This document shows positions 1 through 11,072 of a DNA stretch of 18,430 nucleotides, one piece after another; position 1 is the first letter of the stretch; each line of letters begins with the position of its first letter. The notes below the pieces were generated by a model, which worked only from the letters and a program-made list of their open reading frames with translations, was not told the DNA's origin and did not search any database. Source of the stretch: a virus; the UHGV virus genome UHGV-0119144. One strand, given 5' to 3'. The position numbers were made by a program, and so were the translations under genes.

Positions 1-62
1 GAGCACCTCAAAAACACCATCATACACTAAATCAGTAAGTTGGCAGCATCACCTATCACGGC

Positions 63-272
63 ATGCGAATTGAGCTTAAAGAACCAAATGGTAAAGCCCC
101 GACGAAAGAGCAGATCGCCTGGATGCGCAGGCTTAGAGAGGAAGGTTACTACGTCGTTCTTGCGTATGGTGCAGAACAAGCGATAACCGCCATCCTGGAA
201 TACATGAGCCTTAAAAAGGGTGAGGCTATTGAGCATGTATTGAACGGTGACAAGTGTTTGTACGCTACGTGA
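63..272 (+). CDS. Small protein resembling the C-terminal half of a VRR-NUC (PD-(D/E)xK) domain; probably a truncated remnant
   Basis: 69-aa ORF; IELKEPNGKAPTKEQIAWMRRLREEGYYVVLAYGAEQAI matches the E-x-K ... Q..W ... G..V half of VRR-NUC proteins. The N-terminal Asp-containing half is absent and an in-frame stop lies at 36-38. Confidence 0.35.
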   Translation: MRIELKEPNGKAPTKEQIAWMRRLREEGYYVVLAYGAEQAITAILEYMSLKKGEAIEHVLNGDKCLYAT

Positions 273-288
273 AATAATAAATTAATTA

Positions 289-495
289 GTGCATATGTGT
301 ATCTTTGATACAGCGCACATTAACATCGGGAGAATAATCGTGTCATCCAAGGCTAATTATGAATCGCTGGCATCGATCATGCCGCGTAATGAACAGGAAG
401 CAGATGCTGTAGTGGACCCGGTAATCGCTGAAATGAATGCTCGCCTGGAGGCTGAATTTGCAGCTGAGAATGAACATACCACCCAGGGCGACTAG
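289..495 (+). CDS. Small acidic hypothetical protein (more likely starting at GTG 340 behind GGGAG)
   Basis: ORF in track; acidic, alanine-rich C-terminus; its end overlaps the start of the next gene. No family recognised. Confidence 0.3.
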   Translation: MHMCIFDTAHINIGRIIVSSKANYESLASIMPRNEQEADAVVDPVIAEMNARLEAEFAAENEHTTQGD

Positions 496-1099
496 GACTG
501 TTTTTTGTGTCGGTAGCGGTCCGTCACTCACTCGTGAGGACTGTGCTGCTATAGAAAAAACTGGCTGTTCAATCATCGCGGTTAACAATTCCTGGCAGAT
601 GTTCGATGACATTTATGCCTTATACGCCGGTGATTTGTCATGGTGGAAGCAATACGGATCCACCATACCGGGAGGGAGATTCCGCAAAGTGACAGCCAAC
701 CTGGCGGCGGCGAAATCATTTTCGTTGGAGTACAGGCGATATTGTGGACCGGCTGAAGGGGTTAATAGCGGCGCGCAGGCTATCAGTCTGGCGGCTGAAT
801 CAGGGGCTAAAGTAGTTGTATTAGTCGGCTATGACTGTTCTCTGCAAAACGGCCTTCATTGGCATGGAGCACACCCTCAAGCACTACGGAATCCAACGCA
901 GGTGTCTATTTCAAAATGGCAACAGCAGTTCCTGGATACCCGCAAAAAACACGCAGATTTACATATTTTGAATGCAAGTAGGAGCAGTGCAATTCAATGT
1001 TTCCCAAGAATAAATTTAGAGGCAGTGATCGCGTTATTATCGTCGGCAGTGGCCCAAGCGCCGCAAACTTTGTTGCGCCGCGCGGAGTGCCGATTATAG
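470..1099 (+). CDS. GSGPS-motif protein, paralog A (sialyltransferase GT42 / DUF115-fold-like)
   Basis: Motifs VFCVGSGPSL, IIAVNNSW, NSGAQAISLA, VVVLVGYDCS arranged as in CstII-type/DUF115 nucleotide-sugar enzymes. Alternative start ATG 437. Tandem paralog of the next ORF with similar length (209 vs 208 aa). Confidence 0.5.
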   Translation: MNIPPRATRTVFCVGSGPSLTREDCAAIEKTGCSIIAVNNSWQMFDDIYALYAGDLSWWKQYGSTIPGGRFRKVTANLAAAKSFSLEYRRYCGPAEGVNSGAQAISLAAESGAKVVVLVGYDCSLQNGLHWHGAHPQALRNPTQVSISKWQQQFLDTRKKHADLHILNASRSSAIQCFPRINLEAVIALLSSAVAQAPQTLLRRAECRL

Positions 1100-1623
1100 C
1101 GGTCAATGGGGCCATAGACTGGCTTAACCGCGCTTCTTATTTTTTCACCCTTGATCCATCGCCAGACAATATGCGGCGCGTTGGTCGTGGCCGCCGTCGC
1201 CGTGGTGTTTGTTATTGCATGGCGCTACCCGATGTTAAAGAACGTGAGGTCAGAGACGGCGTTCTGTGCTTCCGTCGTGTGGCTGAGCGCGGCACGGAGC
1301 CAAAAAATACGAATTCTCCCGAGTGGTGGGCGTGGCGCTGGTCCGCACATTTCGGCCTTTGCGAAGATGAGAATGAAATTGCCAGCGGCAATAGTGCATA
1401 TGGTGCTCTGAACCTGGCTTTCCATATCGGATTCAAACATGTCGCCCTGGTGGGCGTTGACGCTACACAAGAACCACGCGTTCACTCCGGCGGCACGCCA
1501 AAAAATCTAAGTCACCTGCCTTTGTTATTCCAGTCTGCGCGTGAACAGATTGACGTTGTTTCATGCGGGAAAATGGGAGGTATTCCGCAGATGACTCTTA
1601 AAGAATGGCTGAAGAATACATGA
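997..1623 (+). CDS. GSGPS-motif protein, paralog B
   Basis: [38 protein letters not shown] motifs collinear with paralog A; overlaps the end of paralog A by about 100 nt; contains an Arg-rich stretch [11 protein letters not shown]. Confidence 0.5.
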   Translation: MFPKNKFRGSDRVIIVGSGPSAANFVAPRGVPIIAVNGAIDWLNRASYFFTLDPSPDNMRRVGRGRRRRGVCYCMALPDVKEREVRDGVLCFRRVAERGTEPKNTNSPEWWAWRWSAHFGLCEDENEIASGNSAYGALNLAFHIGFKHVALVGVDATQEPRVHSGGTPKNLSHLPLLFQSAREQIDVVSCGKMGGIPQMTLKEWLKNT

Positions 1624-2297
1624 TGGCACCAACAATTTATCACCGTATCGACGGTACCAAATACAGGAATATCTGGGTTGTTGGTGATCTGCATGGTTGC
1701 TACAACAGACTGATGTCCGAACTCCATCGTGTGGATTTTGACCCGGCGCAGGATTTACTGATATCGGTCGGCGACCTTATCGATCGCGGTACTGAAAATG
1801 TCGAATGTCTGGAACTATTGCAGATGCCCTGGTTCAGGGCAGTGATGGGGAACCATGAGCGGCTGATGATTGATGCGTTAAGTCCAGATGGCAACGTGAA
1901 TAACTGGCTAATGAATGGCGGACAATGGTTCTTCATGCTGGACACTGATCAGGAAATATTAGCCAGGGCGCTGGTGGAGCTGGTAAAGCGTCTGCCCTAT
2001 ATCATTGAGTTGAACACCGGGCAAGAAACTATCGTTATAGCCCATGCCGACTATCCGGATAATGAATACCAATTCGGTAAGGAGGTGCCGCTTTTCAACG
2101 TTGTCTGGGCGCGCGAGCGTATCAGTGATTCGATGGATGATATTGGTGGCGAAATTTCGGGCGCAGATCGTTTTATCTTTGGTCACACTCCGGTGAAAAG
2201 CCCGAAGACATTCTGGAATCAGCATTATATCGATACTGGTGCCGTATTTTGCGGAAACCTGACATTGATGAAAGTGAAAGGTGATGGTGCAGCATGA
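1605..2297 (+). CDS. Ser/Thr protein phosphatase, PPP/calcineurin-like family (lambda NinI / PrpA-like)
   Basis: Signature motifs GDLHG, GDLIDRG, GNHE in canonical order. Likely true start is ATG 1623, overlapping the upstream stop (TGATG). Confidence 0.85.
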   Translation: MAEEYMMAPTIYHRIDGTKYRNIWVVGDLHGCYNRLMSELHRVDFDPAQDLLISVGDLIDRGTENVECLELLQMPWFRAVMGNHERLMIDALSPDGNVNNWLMNGGQWFFMLDTDQEILARALVELVKRLPYIIELNTGQETIVIAHADYPDNEYQFGKEVPLFNVVWARERISDSMDDIGGEISGADRFIFGHTPVKSPKTFWNQHYIDTGAVFCGNLTLMKVKGDGAA

Positions 2298-2995
2298 AGA
2301 TTGCTTTAGTTCTTCGCTCTGGTGGTGACTATAACGCTTCCGATGTGCAGTGGCTGGTTAATCAACTGCCAAAAGGCTATGAAATTATTTGCCTGACAGA
2401 CCTGAAGCGTTTACATGTACCTGGCGTCAAAGTTGTCCCATTGATCAACCAGTGGCAAAAGTGCCGTGGCTGGTGGGCGAAAATCGAGTTGTTCCGACCG
2501 GATATAACCGATGATCTGTTCTATCTGGATTTGGACACGGTTATTGCCGGTGATATACGCCCAATCCTAGAGCATCCACCAACCAGCTTCACCATGCTTA
2601 GGGATTTTTACCATCCACAATATCGTGGCAGCGGTGCCCTGTGGATACCAAATAGTGTTAAAGCGCATATCTGGAGTTCATTCTGGCAAGATCCGGAAGG
2701 TTGGATTTCTCGTTGTGTCACTACTGAGTGCTGGGGTGACCAGGGGTTCTTACGAAAGGTTATGGGCGATGATACACCAGCATTTCAGGATCTGTATCCA
2801 GGATGGTTTGTAAGTTACAAGGCCGATGTTGTGGAACCTGGTTCAAAATATGCGAGCGCGCGTTACTCCAGGGGGAATGGGGCATTACCAAAAGACTGCC
2901 GAATAATCTTTTTCCACGGCAAACCGCGACCTCGCGAAGTGTCAGAGGATTGGCTTCCCCTTATCAGCTCATTTTTTGAGCGAGAATCAGAATAA
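2294..2995 (+). CDS. GT-A-like glycosyltransferase-family protein with DxD motif (function unknown)
   Basis: 233-aa ORF; start overlaps the phosphatase stop (ATGA); N-terminal beta-strand-like [11 protein letters not shown] followed by YLDLDTVI (DxD). Domain call is from motif pattern only. Confidence 0.5.
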   Translation: MKIALVLRSGGDYNASDVQWLVNQLPKGYEIICLTDLKRLHVPGVKVVPLINQWQKCRGWWAKIELFRPDITDDLFYLDLDTVIAGDIRPILEHPPTSFTMLRDFYHPQYRGSGALWIPNSVKAHIWSSFWQDPEGWISRCVTTECWGDQGFLRKVMGDDTPAFQDLYPGWFVSYKADVVEPGSKYASARYSRGNGALPKDCRIIFFHGKPRPREVSEDWLPLISSFFERESE

Positions 2996-2996
2996 T

Positions 2997-3013
2997 ATTG
3001 CTCTAATAATTCA
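2997..3013 (+). promoter_or_regulatory. P1 C1-repressor operator-like site (14/17 to ATTGCTCTAATAAATTT)
   Basis: attgctctaataattca immediately after the stop at 2993-2995. Confidence 0.55.
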
Positions 3014-3045
3014 ATATTTTTAAAACGTGATGTACACTCATCACA

Positions 3046-3062
3046 TTTTTTATTAGAGCAAT
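3046..3062 (-). promoter_or_regulatory. P1 C1 operator-like site in inverted orientation (14/17)
   Basis: Reverse complement reads attgctctaataaaaaa; forms an inverted pair with 2997-3013 around the palindrome gtgatgtacactcatcac (3027-3044). Confidence 0.5.
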
Positions 3063-3076
3063 CTGCAAGGTGCACT

Positions 3077-3295
3077 ATGTGGCCATTCCGACGGAAATAT
3101 CACTACTGGCTGATCGCCTTTGTTACGCCGACCGGCGGTATCAGGCATGTCATCACCAGGTATCGCAACAAGAGACTCACCTTAGCCAGAATTTTACAGG
3201 CTGCCATAGGTGAGGGACTGGATACAAATTGCGTAGTCCTTCCACCTTCATACTTAGGAAAAATGACCGAAGCACAAGCTAATACGGAACTTTGA
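3077..3295 (+). CDS. Hypothetical small protein (72 aa)
   Basis: ORF just downstream of the paired operators; AAGGTG 7 nt upstream of ATG; no recognisable domain. Confidence 0.3.
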   Translation: MWPFRRKYHYWLIAFVTPTGGIRHVITRYRNKRLTLARILQAAIGEGLDTNCVVLPPSYLGKMTEAQANTEL

Positions 3296-3451
3296 AATGA
3301 GCACTTCAGCACAAAACCAATCAATCGAAAATGTATCTAGAGGAAACTGCGGCAAGAAGACTTCTCGATGTTTGCTATGCACGTAGCGATGCATGGGAAA
3401 AAGAGAACGGCGGCACTATTTACGTTCGCTGATAGTTACAGTGTCACTTTT

Positions 3452-3486
3452 AATGCTGGTGGAGTGCTCCCACCAGCATTTTTTTC
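3452..3486 (+). terminator. Rho-independent terminator
   Basis: 11-bp perfect stem aatgctggtgg / ccaccagcatt with 7-nt loop, followed by a T7 run. Confidence 0.7.
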
Positions 3487-3504
3487 GTCCAATGAGGAGG
3501 GCAT

Positions 3505-4008
3505 TTGAGTATTTTCAATAAACACGCACACCAGGAACGTCCGTACATCGTCATAGTAGATATTGATGGGACGATATCAGAGGCAACGGAAGACAGGCTG
3601 CATTTACTTCCACCACCTGGCAAAGGTGCATTAACAGAGCACTGGAACGAGTTTAACCTTGCCTGTGACACTGATGCTCCCATCACTCCAGTTATTGATA
3701 TGGTGCGCCAGTTGTCCGGCATTTACACCCTCTGGTTTGTAACCGGGCGCTGTGAGATAGCCAGGGATAAAACACGAGCCTGGTTGCGTAAGCACGTAAC
3801 AAATGGGGCTGAGCCTTTGCTATCTATGCGTCCTGCCACCGATGACAGAAATGACGGTCCAGCAAAGATTGATCTCCTGAAGAAAATTGGTCTAAGTAAA
3901 ATTGCGTTCGCGCTGGAAGATAAGATTGAAGTGGCGCGTGTTTTCAGGAGTCACGGCGTACTTACGTTAATGGTCAGGGAGTATGAAAATGCGCTTCTTC
4001 ATCAATAA
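3505..4008 (+). CDS. HAD-superfamily phosphatase-like protein
   Basis: TTG start 7 nt after GAGGAGG; N-terminal VIVDIDGT (HAD motif I, DxDGT). 167 aa. Confidence 0.55.
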   Translation: MSIFNKHAHQERPYIVIVDIDGTISEATEDRLHLLPPPGKGALTEHWNEFNLACDTDAPITPVIDMVRQLSGIYTLWFVTGRCEIARDKTRAWLRKHVTNGAEPLLSMRPATDDRNDGPAKIDLLKKIGLSKIAFALEDKIEVARVFRSHGVLTLMVREYENALLHQ

Positions 4009-4010
4009 TA

Positions 4011-4027
4011 ATTGCTCTAATAAATCT
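4011..4027 (+). promoter_or_regulatory. P1 C1 operator-like site (16/17)
   Basis: attgctctaataaatct directly after the stop of the HAD-like gene; best consensus match in the window. Confidence 0.65.
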
Positions 4028-4109
4028 TGATTTTTAAAGCAAAGAAAGTGAAAATAAAAACATGCCGCAAGGCGCGGCATGTATCCAATCAATCACAGGA
4101 GCTGAAAAT

Positions 4110-4196
4110 ATGAACACGGCATTCAAAATCATTATGGCCGCGATCTATTTCTGGCTGTTCTCTATCACTTTTGGCGGCATCGTCGCGCATGGGTAA
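4110..4196 (+). CDS. 28-aa hydrophobic peptide (predicted single transmembrane helix)
   Basis: ATG preceded by AGGAG (acaggagctgaaaatATG); translation MNTAFKIIMAAIYFWLFSITFGGIVAHG. Not in the ORF track because of size. Confidence 0.4.
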   Translation: MNTAFKIIMAAIYFWLFSITFGGIVAHG

Positions 4197-4230
4197 GGGG
4201 AGTATATTAGCCATTTGGAACCCCACGGTC

Positions 4231-4260
4231 TCTTGCGGGTTTAATTAAGAACCCGCAAGA
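4231..4260. other. 11-bp perfect inverted repeat (stem-loop) between convergent genes
   Basis: tcttgcgggtt ... aacccgcaaga with palindromic loop ttaattaa; T-run upstream and A-run downstream, so not a canonical terminator on either strand. Confidence 0.4.
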
Positions 4261-4275
4261 AAAACACGAATTGGG

Positions 4276-7200
4276 CTATATTTTTCCGCCTACGTCTTTA
4301 AACTTCTCAATAAACGAGACGATTTTCTGGAAAACTGCCTGTTTTTTCGTTTTATATTGCGGATTTAACGGACTAAGTTTTGGTAATGTTTCGTTTAATT
4401 CTGTGCCATTTTCGGTGGCATATTTGCGTTTTAAAGATGTGCGAATATAGCGTTTTGCTGCATCTTCATTGAGATTTTCTTCTTTAATCAACGCTTCTGC
4501 TTCACGTAGCTGTTCGTGTTGAGCAAAGGTAAAGAACGCGTCAATGATGCTGGCTTTGTCTGGTAAATCATCCAGGTTCGTTTGCTGAATAAAATCGACC
4601 ACCAGGCCCTCTTTCGCCCGGTTCCCCAGGCTTGAACGAATTAAGCGTTTGACCTCTTCGATCATTTCGCCCTTGCCTTTATTTTGTCTGTTATGTTCGA
4701 AAATCAGTCCAAGGATATAATCCAGGTTTATTTCCTGAGATTTCAGCAAATCGACCTCAAAAACTACGTCATCCCAGTCAGTGGTTGATTTCTCTTTTTT
4801 CTCAGCTTCTTTCTCACGGCGCTGCCAGTCGCGAATATCGTTATAGGCAGAACGATAATCCTGAATCTTGCGATCAGCAGGGAGACGAATTGTTTGCAAT
4901 TCAGCGAACTTTTCATCATCCACATAATGTTCTGCTTTGAATTTTTCTACCGCAACAGGATCGCTAAGATCGATTTGTTGCAGGGCTTTTAGCGTGGCAA
5001 ATTCATCATAGTTTTGCAGGATGTTCTCGGCACGCAGGTATTCGCCAAACAGTTTAACGAAGTCTTTCTTCTCTTTTTCACTTTCAATACTGGCAGGGTC
5101 AGGGAACCGTTGTTCCAGTTCTGAAACTACTGTCATGAAGCCGCGTTTAGCTTCACCTGTAGCAGCATCAGTAAAGCCTTCCATATACTCTGTATAACTC
5201 TTTTCTAACACCACATTTTTGGTGTTTTTGTCACCAAACAGCGTTATGGCATCAATAGTTGAGCGTTCCAGATCCCGGAAAGTGACGATATTACCGAAGG
5301 TTTTAGTTGCATCATAAATACGGTTGGTGCGGGAAAATGCCTGCATCAGGCCGTGAAAACGCAAGTTTTTATCGACGAATAGCGTGTTCAATGTTGGAGC
5401 ATCGAAGCCGGTTAAAAACATCCCCACGACAATTAGCAGATCGATATCCTGATTTTTAACCCGCTGGGCTAAATCACGATAGTAGTTCTGAAAACCGTTA
5501 CTGTCGGTGCTAAAGTTAGTTTTAAAATGGCTGTTATATTCACGAATTGCAGCGTCCAGAAACTCTTTAGCACTGCTGTCCATTGCGCTGGTATCAAAAG
5601 TTTCATCGGAAATTTCACCAATGGCATTTTGTTCTTCATTGGCGGCAAAGGAGAAGATTGTCGCAATACGCAGCGGTTTATAGGTAGCCGATTTATTAGC
5701 GGCTTCTTCTTGTAACCGTTTAAACGTCGCATAATAGGCTTTCGCGGCATCCACGCTGCTCACTGCCAGCATGGCATTAAAGCCTTTGGAGCCTGGGAAG
5801 GTACGGTGGGTTTTCTGGCGGAAGTTGTTCAGGATATATTGCGTGATTTCCTGAATACGCATGGGATGAAGAAACGCCTGCTGATTTTCAGCCGCACTTA
5901 GTTTTTTCTCGTCAGTTTCTGTCTCTAAAGACTTAAACTGTGGCCGCACATCGTTGTAGTCTACCTTGAATTTGAGCACTTTTTCGTCACGAATCGCATC
6001 GGTAATTACATACGAATGCAATTCACGACCAAATACGCTGGCGGTTGTTTCTGAGCCTAAGGCGTTTTCCGGGAAAATAGGGGTGCCGGTAAAACCAAAC
6101 TGATAATAGCGTTTGAATTTCTTCTTCAGGTTTTTCTGCGCTTCTCCAAACTGGCTGCGGTGGCATTCATCAAATATAAACACCACTTGCTGATTATATA
6201 CAGGCAGGTCGCTTTCTGCTTTCATCAGGTTATTGAGTTTCTGAATAGTGGTGACGATAATTTTGTTATCGTCCTTATCCAGATTTCGTTTAAGACCTGC
6301 GGTATTTTCCGAGCCGTTGACGCTGTCTGGCGAAAAACGCTGGTATTCCTTCATGGTCTGGTAATCGAGGTCTTTCCTGTCGACCACGAAGAAGACTTTA
6401 TCAATAAAGTCCAGTTCTGTTGCCAGACGCGCGGCTTTAAAGCTGGTCAGTGTTTTACCAGAACCGGTAGTGTGCCAGATAAAGCCACCGCTTTCGGGGT
6501 TAGACCAGTTTTTCGCTTTATAGGAGCTGTTGATTTTCCATAAGATTCGTTCGGTGGCGGCAATCTGGTACGGTCGCATCACCAGTAGCGTCTGACTACT
6601 GTCAAAAACGCTGTAGTTCACCAGAACATTCAGCAGAGTATGTTTCTGGAAAAAGGTAGCGGTAAAGTCTTTGAGGTCTTTAATCAGCGTGTTGTCTGAT
6701 TTCGCCCAATTCATGGTGAAGTCAAAACTGTTTTTATCGCGCTTTGTCGTGTTGGCAAAATAACGGGTATCGGTGCCGTTAGAAATGACAAACAGTTGCA
6801 GATACTTAAACAGGGAATTTTCGCTGTTAAAACTCTCTTTACTGTAACGATGTATCTGGTTGAAAGCCTCACGAATCGCCACCCCGCGTTTTTTTAGTTC
6901 GATTTGCACCAGCGGTAAACCATTAACCAGGATCGTGACGTCATAACGGTTAGCATGAGAACCCGTCTGTTCAAACTGCTGGATAATCTGCACCTTATTG
7001 CGCATGAGATTCTTTTTATCTATCAAATAGATGTTCTCAAGACGCTCGTCATCAAAAATAAAGTCGCAAATATAGTCGATATGGATTTTACGGGTCTTAT
7101 CCAGAATGCCATCACTCGGGTTGTCCAGATACTGCTCCGTGAAACGCCGCCATTCGCTGTCATTAAACACCACACCATTGAGGTTCTGAAGCTGTTCCCG

Positions 7201-7392
7201 AACGTTGGCCAGCATCGCCGACTGTGATTTTACGGGTATAAATTCATAGCCCTGATTTCGCAGGTCCTGAATCAGTTCCCGTTCCAGGTCCGATTCACTC
7301 TGATAGCTGTCGCCTGTTGGCTCAGCTTTGATGTACTTATCAAGAACGATAAAGTTATTGGATTCAGCAATGGTGTGTGTCTGATGAGTCAT
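4276..7392 (-). CDS. hsdR: Type I restriction enzyme R subunit (HsdR), type IC / EcoR124 family
   Basis: 1038 aa; PD-(D/E)xK nuclease motif ([18 protein letters not shown]), helicase motifs TGSGKT and FDECH; N-terminus [14 protein letters not shown] as in EcoR124-type HsdR. Confidence 0.95.
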   Translation of the reverse strand: MTHQTHTIAESNNFIVLDKYIKAEPTGDSYQSESDLERELIQDLRNQGYEFIPVKSQSAMLANVREQLQNLNGVVFNDSEWRRFTEQYLDNPSDGILDKTRKIHIDYICDFIFDDERLENIYLIDKKNLMRNKVQIIQQFEQTGSHANRYDVTILVNGLPLVQIELKKRGVAIREAFNQIHRYSKESFNSENSLFKYLQLFVISNGTDTRYFANTTKRDKNSFDFTMNWAKSDNTLIKDLKDFTATFFQKHTLLNVLVNYSVFDSSQTLLVMRPYQIAATERILWKINSSYKAKNWSNPESGGFIWHTTGSGKTLTSFKAARLATELDFIDKVFFVVDRKDLDYQTMKEYQRFSPDSVNGSENTAGLKRNLDKDDNKIIVTTIQKLNNLMKAESDLPVYNQQVVFIFDECHRSQFGEAQKNLKKKFKRYYQFGFTGTPIFPENALGSETTASVFGRELHSYVITDAIRDEKVLKFKVDYNDVRPQFKSLETETDEKKLSAAENQQAFLHPMRIQEITQYILNNFRQKTHRTFPGSKGFNAMLAVSSVDAAKAYYATFKRLQEEAANKSATYKPLRIATIFSFAANEEQNAIGEISDETFDTSAMDSSAKEFLDAAIREYNSHFKTNFSTDSNGFQNYYRDLAQRVKNQDIDLLIVVGMFLTGFDAPTLNTLFVDKNLRFHGLMQAFSRTNRIYDATKTFGNIVTFRDLERSTIDAITLFGDKNTKNVVLEKSYTEYMEGFTDAATGEAKRGFMTVVSELEQRFPDPASIESEKEKKDFVKLFGEYLRAENILQNYDEFATLKALQQIDLSDPVAVEKFKAEHYVDDEKFAELQTIRLPADRKIQDYRSAYNDIRDWQRREKEAEKKEKSTTDWDDVVFEVDLLKSQEINLDYILGLIFEHNRQNKGKGEMIEEVKRLIRSSLGNRAKEGLVVDFIQQTNLDDLPDKASIIDAFFTFAQHEQLREAEALIKEENLNEDAAKRYIRTSLKRKYATENGTELNETLPKLSPLNPQYKTKKQAVFQKIVSFIEKFKDVGGKI

Positions 7393-7513
7393 AGCGCATC
7401 CTTTGTGCCGTCTGGCAAGGGCCGGAAGGGAGTTAAGGGCGACTTCCGGCGTGTAGAAAATAGTCTATATACTGACCGGATGTTAAGGTGGTCCGGTCTG
7501 TAAAAATGCTCAA

Positions 7514-8727
<1,214 letters not shown>

Positions 8728-8731
<4 letters not shown>

Positions 8732-10290
8732 TTCTGCACCTCGCAGCCTTCAATTTCAGCCACAATCGCATCAATATCTTTACGCAACTGGTCGATTTTG
8801 CTGACCGTGGTTTTCAGCTCTGCATTCAACTCAGCGATATTGATAATTTCGCGAGTATCTTTCGCTTCCACATAGCTGCTTACCGACAGGTTATAGTCAT
8901 TAGCGACAACGGCCTCAAACGTGACAGATTTTGCCAGATGAGCAACATCTTCCTTGCTGGAAAATACCTGCATAATCTGTTCGATATGGGCATCAGTCAG
9001 GATGTTGTTATTAGTCTCTTTTTTGAATAGCTCGCTGGCGTCAATAAACTGAACGTTGGTATCGGTTTTATGTTTAGACAGCACCAGAATATTGACGGCA
9101 ATGGTGGTGCCAAAGAACAGATTCGGTGCCAGTGAAATCACGGTTTCGACATAGTTATTGTCGACCAGATACTGACGGATTTTCTGCTCCGCACCGCCAC
9201 GGTAAAAAATACCCGGGAAGCAAACAATCGCAGCACGACCTTTGGCAGAAAGATAGTTCAGCGCATGTAATACAAACGCAAAGTCAGCTTTGGATTTGGG
9301 GGCCAGAACGCCAGCCGGGGCAAAACGTTCATCGTTAATCAGCGTCGGGTCATCGCTGCCAATCCATTTCACCGAATACGGCGGGTTAGAAACGATGGCA
9401 TCAAACGGTTTTTCATCTCTGAAGTGCGGTTCAGTCAGCGTATTGCCCAGCTTGATATCAAACTTGTCGTAGTTGATGTTGTGCAAAAACATGTTCATAC
9501 GCGCCAGGTTATAGGTCGTATGGTTGATTTCCTGACCAAAAAAACCTTCTTCGATGATATGGTCATCAAACTGTTTTTTAGCCTGCAACAACAGCGAACC
9601 GGAGCCTGCTGCCGGGTCGTAGATTTTGTTAACGTGGGTCTGCCCGTGCATAGCCAGTTGTGCAATCAGCTTAGAGACGTGCTGCGGTGTAAAGAACTCG
9701 CCGCCTGACTTACCGGCATTTGCCGCATAGTTAGAGATCAGGAACTCATAGGCATCACCGAACAGGTCAATCTGATGTTCGTTGAAGTCACCAAGTTTTA
9801 ACCCTTCAACCCCTTTCAGAACCGCAGCCAGGCGGGCATTTTTATCTTTAACGGTGTTACCCAGGCGGTTACTGGTGGTATCGAAATCAGCAAACAAACC
9901 TTTGATGTCTGCTTCTGAAGGGTAGCCGTAAGCAGAACTTTCGATAGCAACGAAGATGCTGTTTAAATCTGCGTTCAGTCTGTCATTGGTATTTGCTTTC
10001 GCAGCTACGTTGCAGAAAAGCTGACTTGGGTAGATGAAGTAGCCTTTGGTTTTGATGGCATCGTCTTTAATGTCATCAGTAATTACGCTGTCATCCAGTT
10101 TCGCATAACAGATGCTGTCATCACCGGCTTCAATATAGCTGGAAAAATTTTCGCTGATAAAACGGTAGAAAAGCGCGCCCAGAACGTATTGCTTAAAATC
10201 CCATCCATCGACCGAACCTCTGACATCGTTAGCAATTTGCCAGATTTGACGATGAAGCTCTGCACGTTGTTGAATACTTGTCATTTTCAT
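8728..10290 (-). CDS. hsdM: Type I N6-adenine DNA methyltransferase subunit (HsdM), type IC
   Basis: 520 aa; SAM-binding motif [10 protein letters not shown] and catalytic NPPY. Confidence 0.95.
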
Positions 10291-10427
10291 CCACTTATTT
10301 CAGGCTTATGTAATTGGCGGTGATTCTACAGCAACTTGGATGCTTTAGCAGTTCGGACATTAGGCTACGAATGACCTGCCTAGAGGTTTGTTAAGCCGCA
10401 AAGTGCTGGTGCTTTATGCCTGTGAAG

Positions 10428-10460
10428 TTTATAATTGTGTACACATAACGAGTACACGAG
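10428..10460 (+). promoter_or_regulatory. phd-doc promoter with Phd/Doc autoregulatory operator palindromes
   Basis: -10 TATAAT at 10430-10435, followed by perfect palindrome tgtgtacaca (10436-10445) and related gagtacac (10450-10457), then GAGG RBS. Confidence 0.6.
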
Positions 10461-10466
10461 GTATTT

Positions 10467-10688
10467 ATGCAATCCATTAACTTCCGTACCGCGCGCGGCA
10501 ACCTTTCTGAAGTGCTCAACAATGTTGAGGCCGGGGAAGAGGTTGAAATCACCCGCAGAGGCCGTGAGCCAGCAGTAATTGTCAGCAAGGCTACTTTTGA
10601 AGCCTACAAAAAAGCGGCGCTGGATGCTGAATTTGCATCCCTGTTTGACACCCTGGACTCCACCAACAAGGAACTGGTTAACCGATAA
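10467..10688 (+). CDS. phd: Phd antitoxin (Phd/YefM family), P1-type
   Basis: 73 aa, [49 protein letters not shown]; stop overlaps the doc start (TAATG). Confidence 0.95.
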   Translation: MQSINFRTARGNLSEVLNNVEAGEEVEITRRGREPAVIVSKATFEAYKKAALDAEFASLFDTLDSTNKELVNR

Positions 10689-11068
10689 TGAGGCATATAT
10701 CACCGGAAGAACTTATTGCGCTTCATGATGCGAATATAAACCGCTACGGCGGCCTGCCGGGAATGTCTGATCCGGGTAGGGCAGAGGCCATTATCGGGAG
10801 AGTTCAGGCCAGAGTTGCCTACGAAGAGATCACCGACCTTTTCGAAGTCTCCGCCACCTACCTGGTGGCTACGGCGAGAGGGCATATATTCAATGATGCC
10901 AATAAGCGTACCGCGCTAAACAGTGCGCTGCTATTTCTACGCCGTAACGGGGTGCAGGTATTTGATTCACCTGAACTGGCAGACCTTACTGTAGGCGCTG
11001 CGACTGGCGAGATATCTGTATCTTCTGTCGCCGACACGTTACGTAGATTGTATGGTTCTGCGGAGTAG
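10688..11068 (+). CDS. doc: Doc toxin (Fic-fold kinase), P1-type
   Basis: 126 aa with Fic motif HIFNDANKR. Confidence 0.95.
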   Translation: MRHISPEELIALHDANINRYGGLPGMSDPGRAEAIIGRVQARVAYEEITDLFEVSATYLVATARGHIFNDANKRTALNSALLFLRRNGVQVFDSPELADLTVGAATGEISVSSVADTLRRLYGSAE

Positions 11069-11072
11069 ATTA

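Noticed and set aside
343-1485. Minus-strand ORFs 343-612, 906-1115, 1212-1436, 1225-1485
   Set aside because: Antisense to the GSGPS paralogs and lacking any recognisable features; treated as shadow ORFs.
3297-3432. Two tiny ORFs (about 29 and 33 codons) between the 3077 ORF and the terminator
   Set aside because: No convincing RBS and no recognisable features; cannot be supported from sequence alone.
5469-7227. ORFs 5469-5750 (-), 5527-5715 (+), 6160-6543 (+), 6955-7227 (+)
   Set aside because: Lie inside or antisense to hsdR, which has clear family motifs along its whole length; they are shadow ORFs.
7393-7513. hsdS-hsdR intergenic region with a 7-bp inverted repeat (gaccgga/tccggtc)
   Set aside because: Likely contains the hsdR promoter, but I could not place -35/-10 elements confidently.
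10380-10703. 107-aa minus-strand ORF across the phd promoter and phd coding region
   Set aside because: Overlaps the phd promoter/operator and is antisense to a confidently identified gene.
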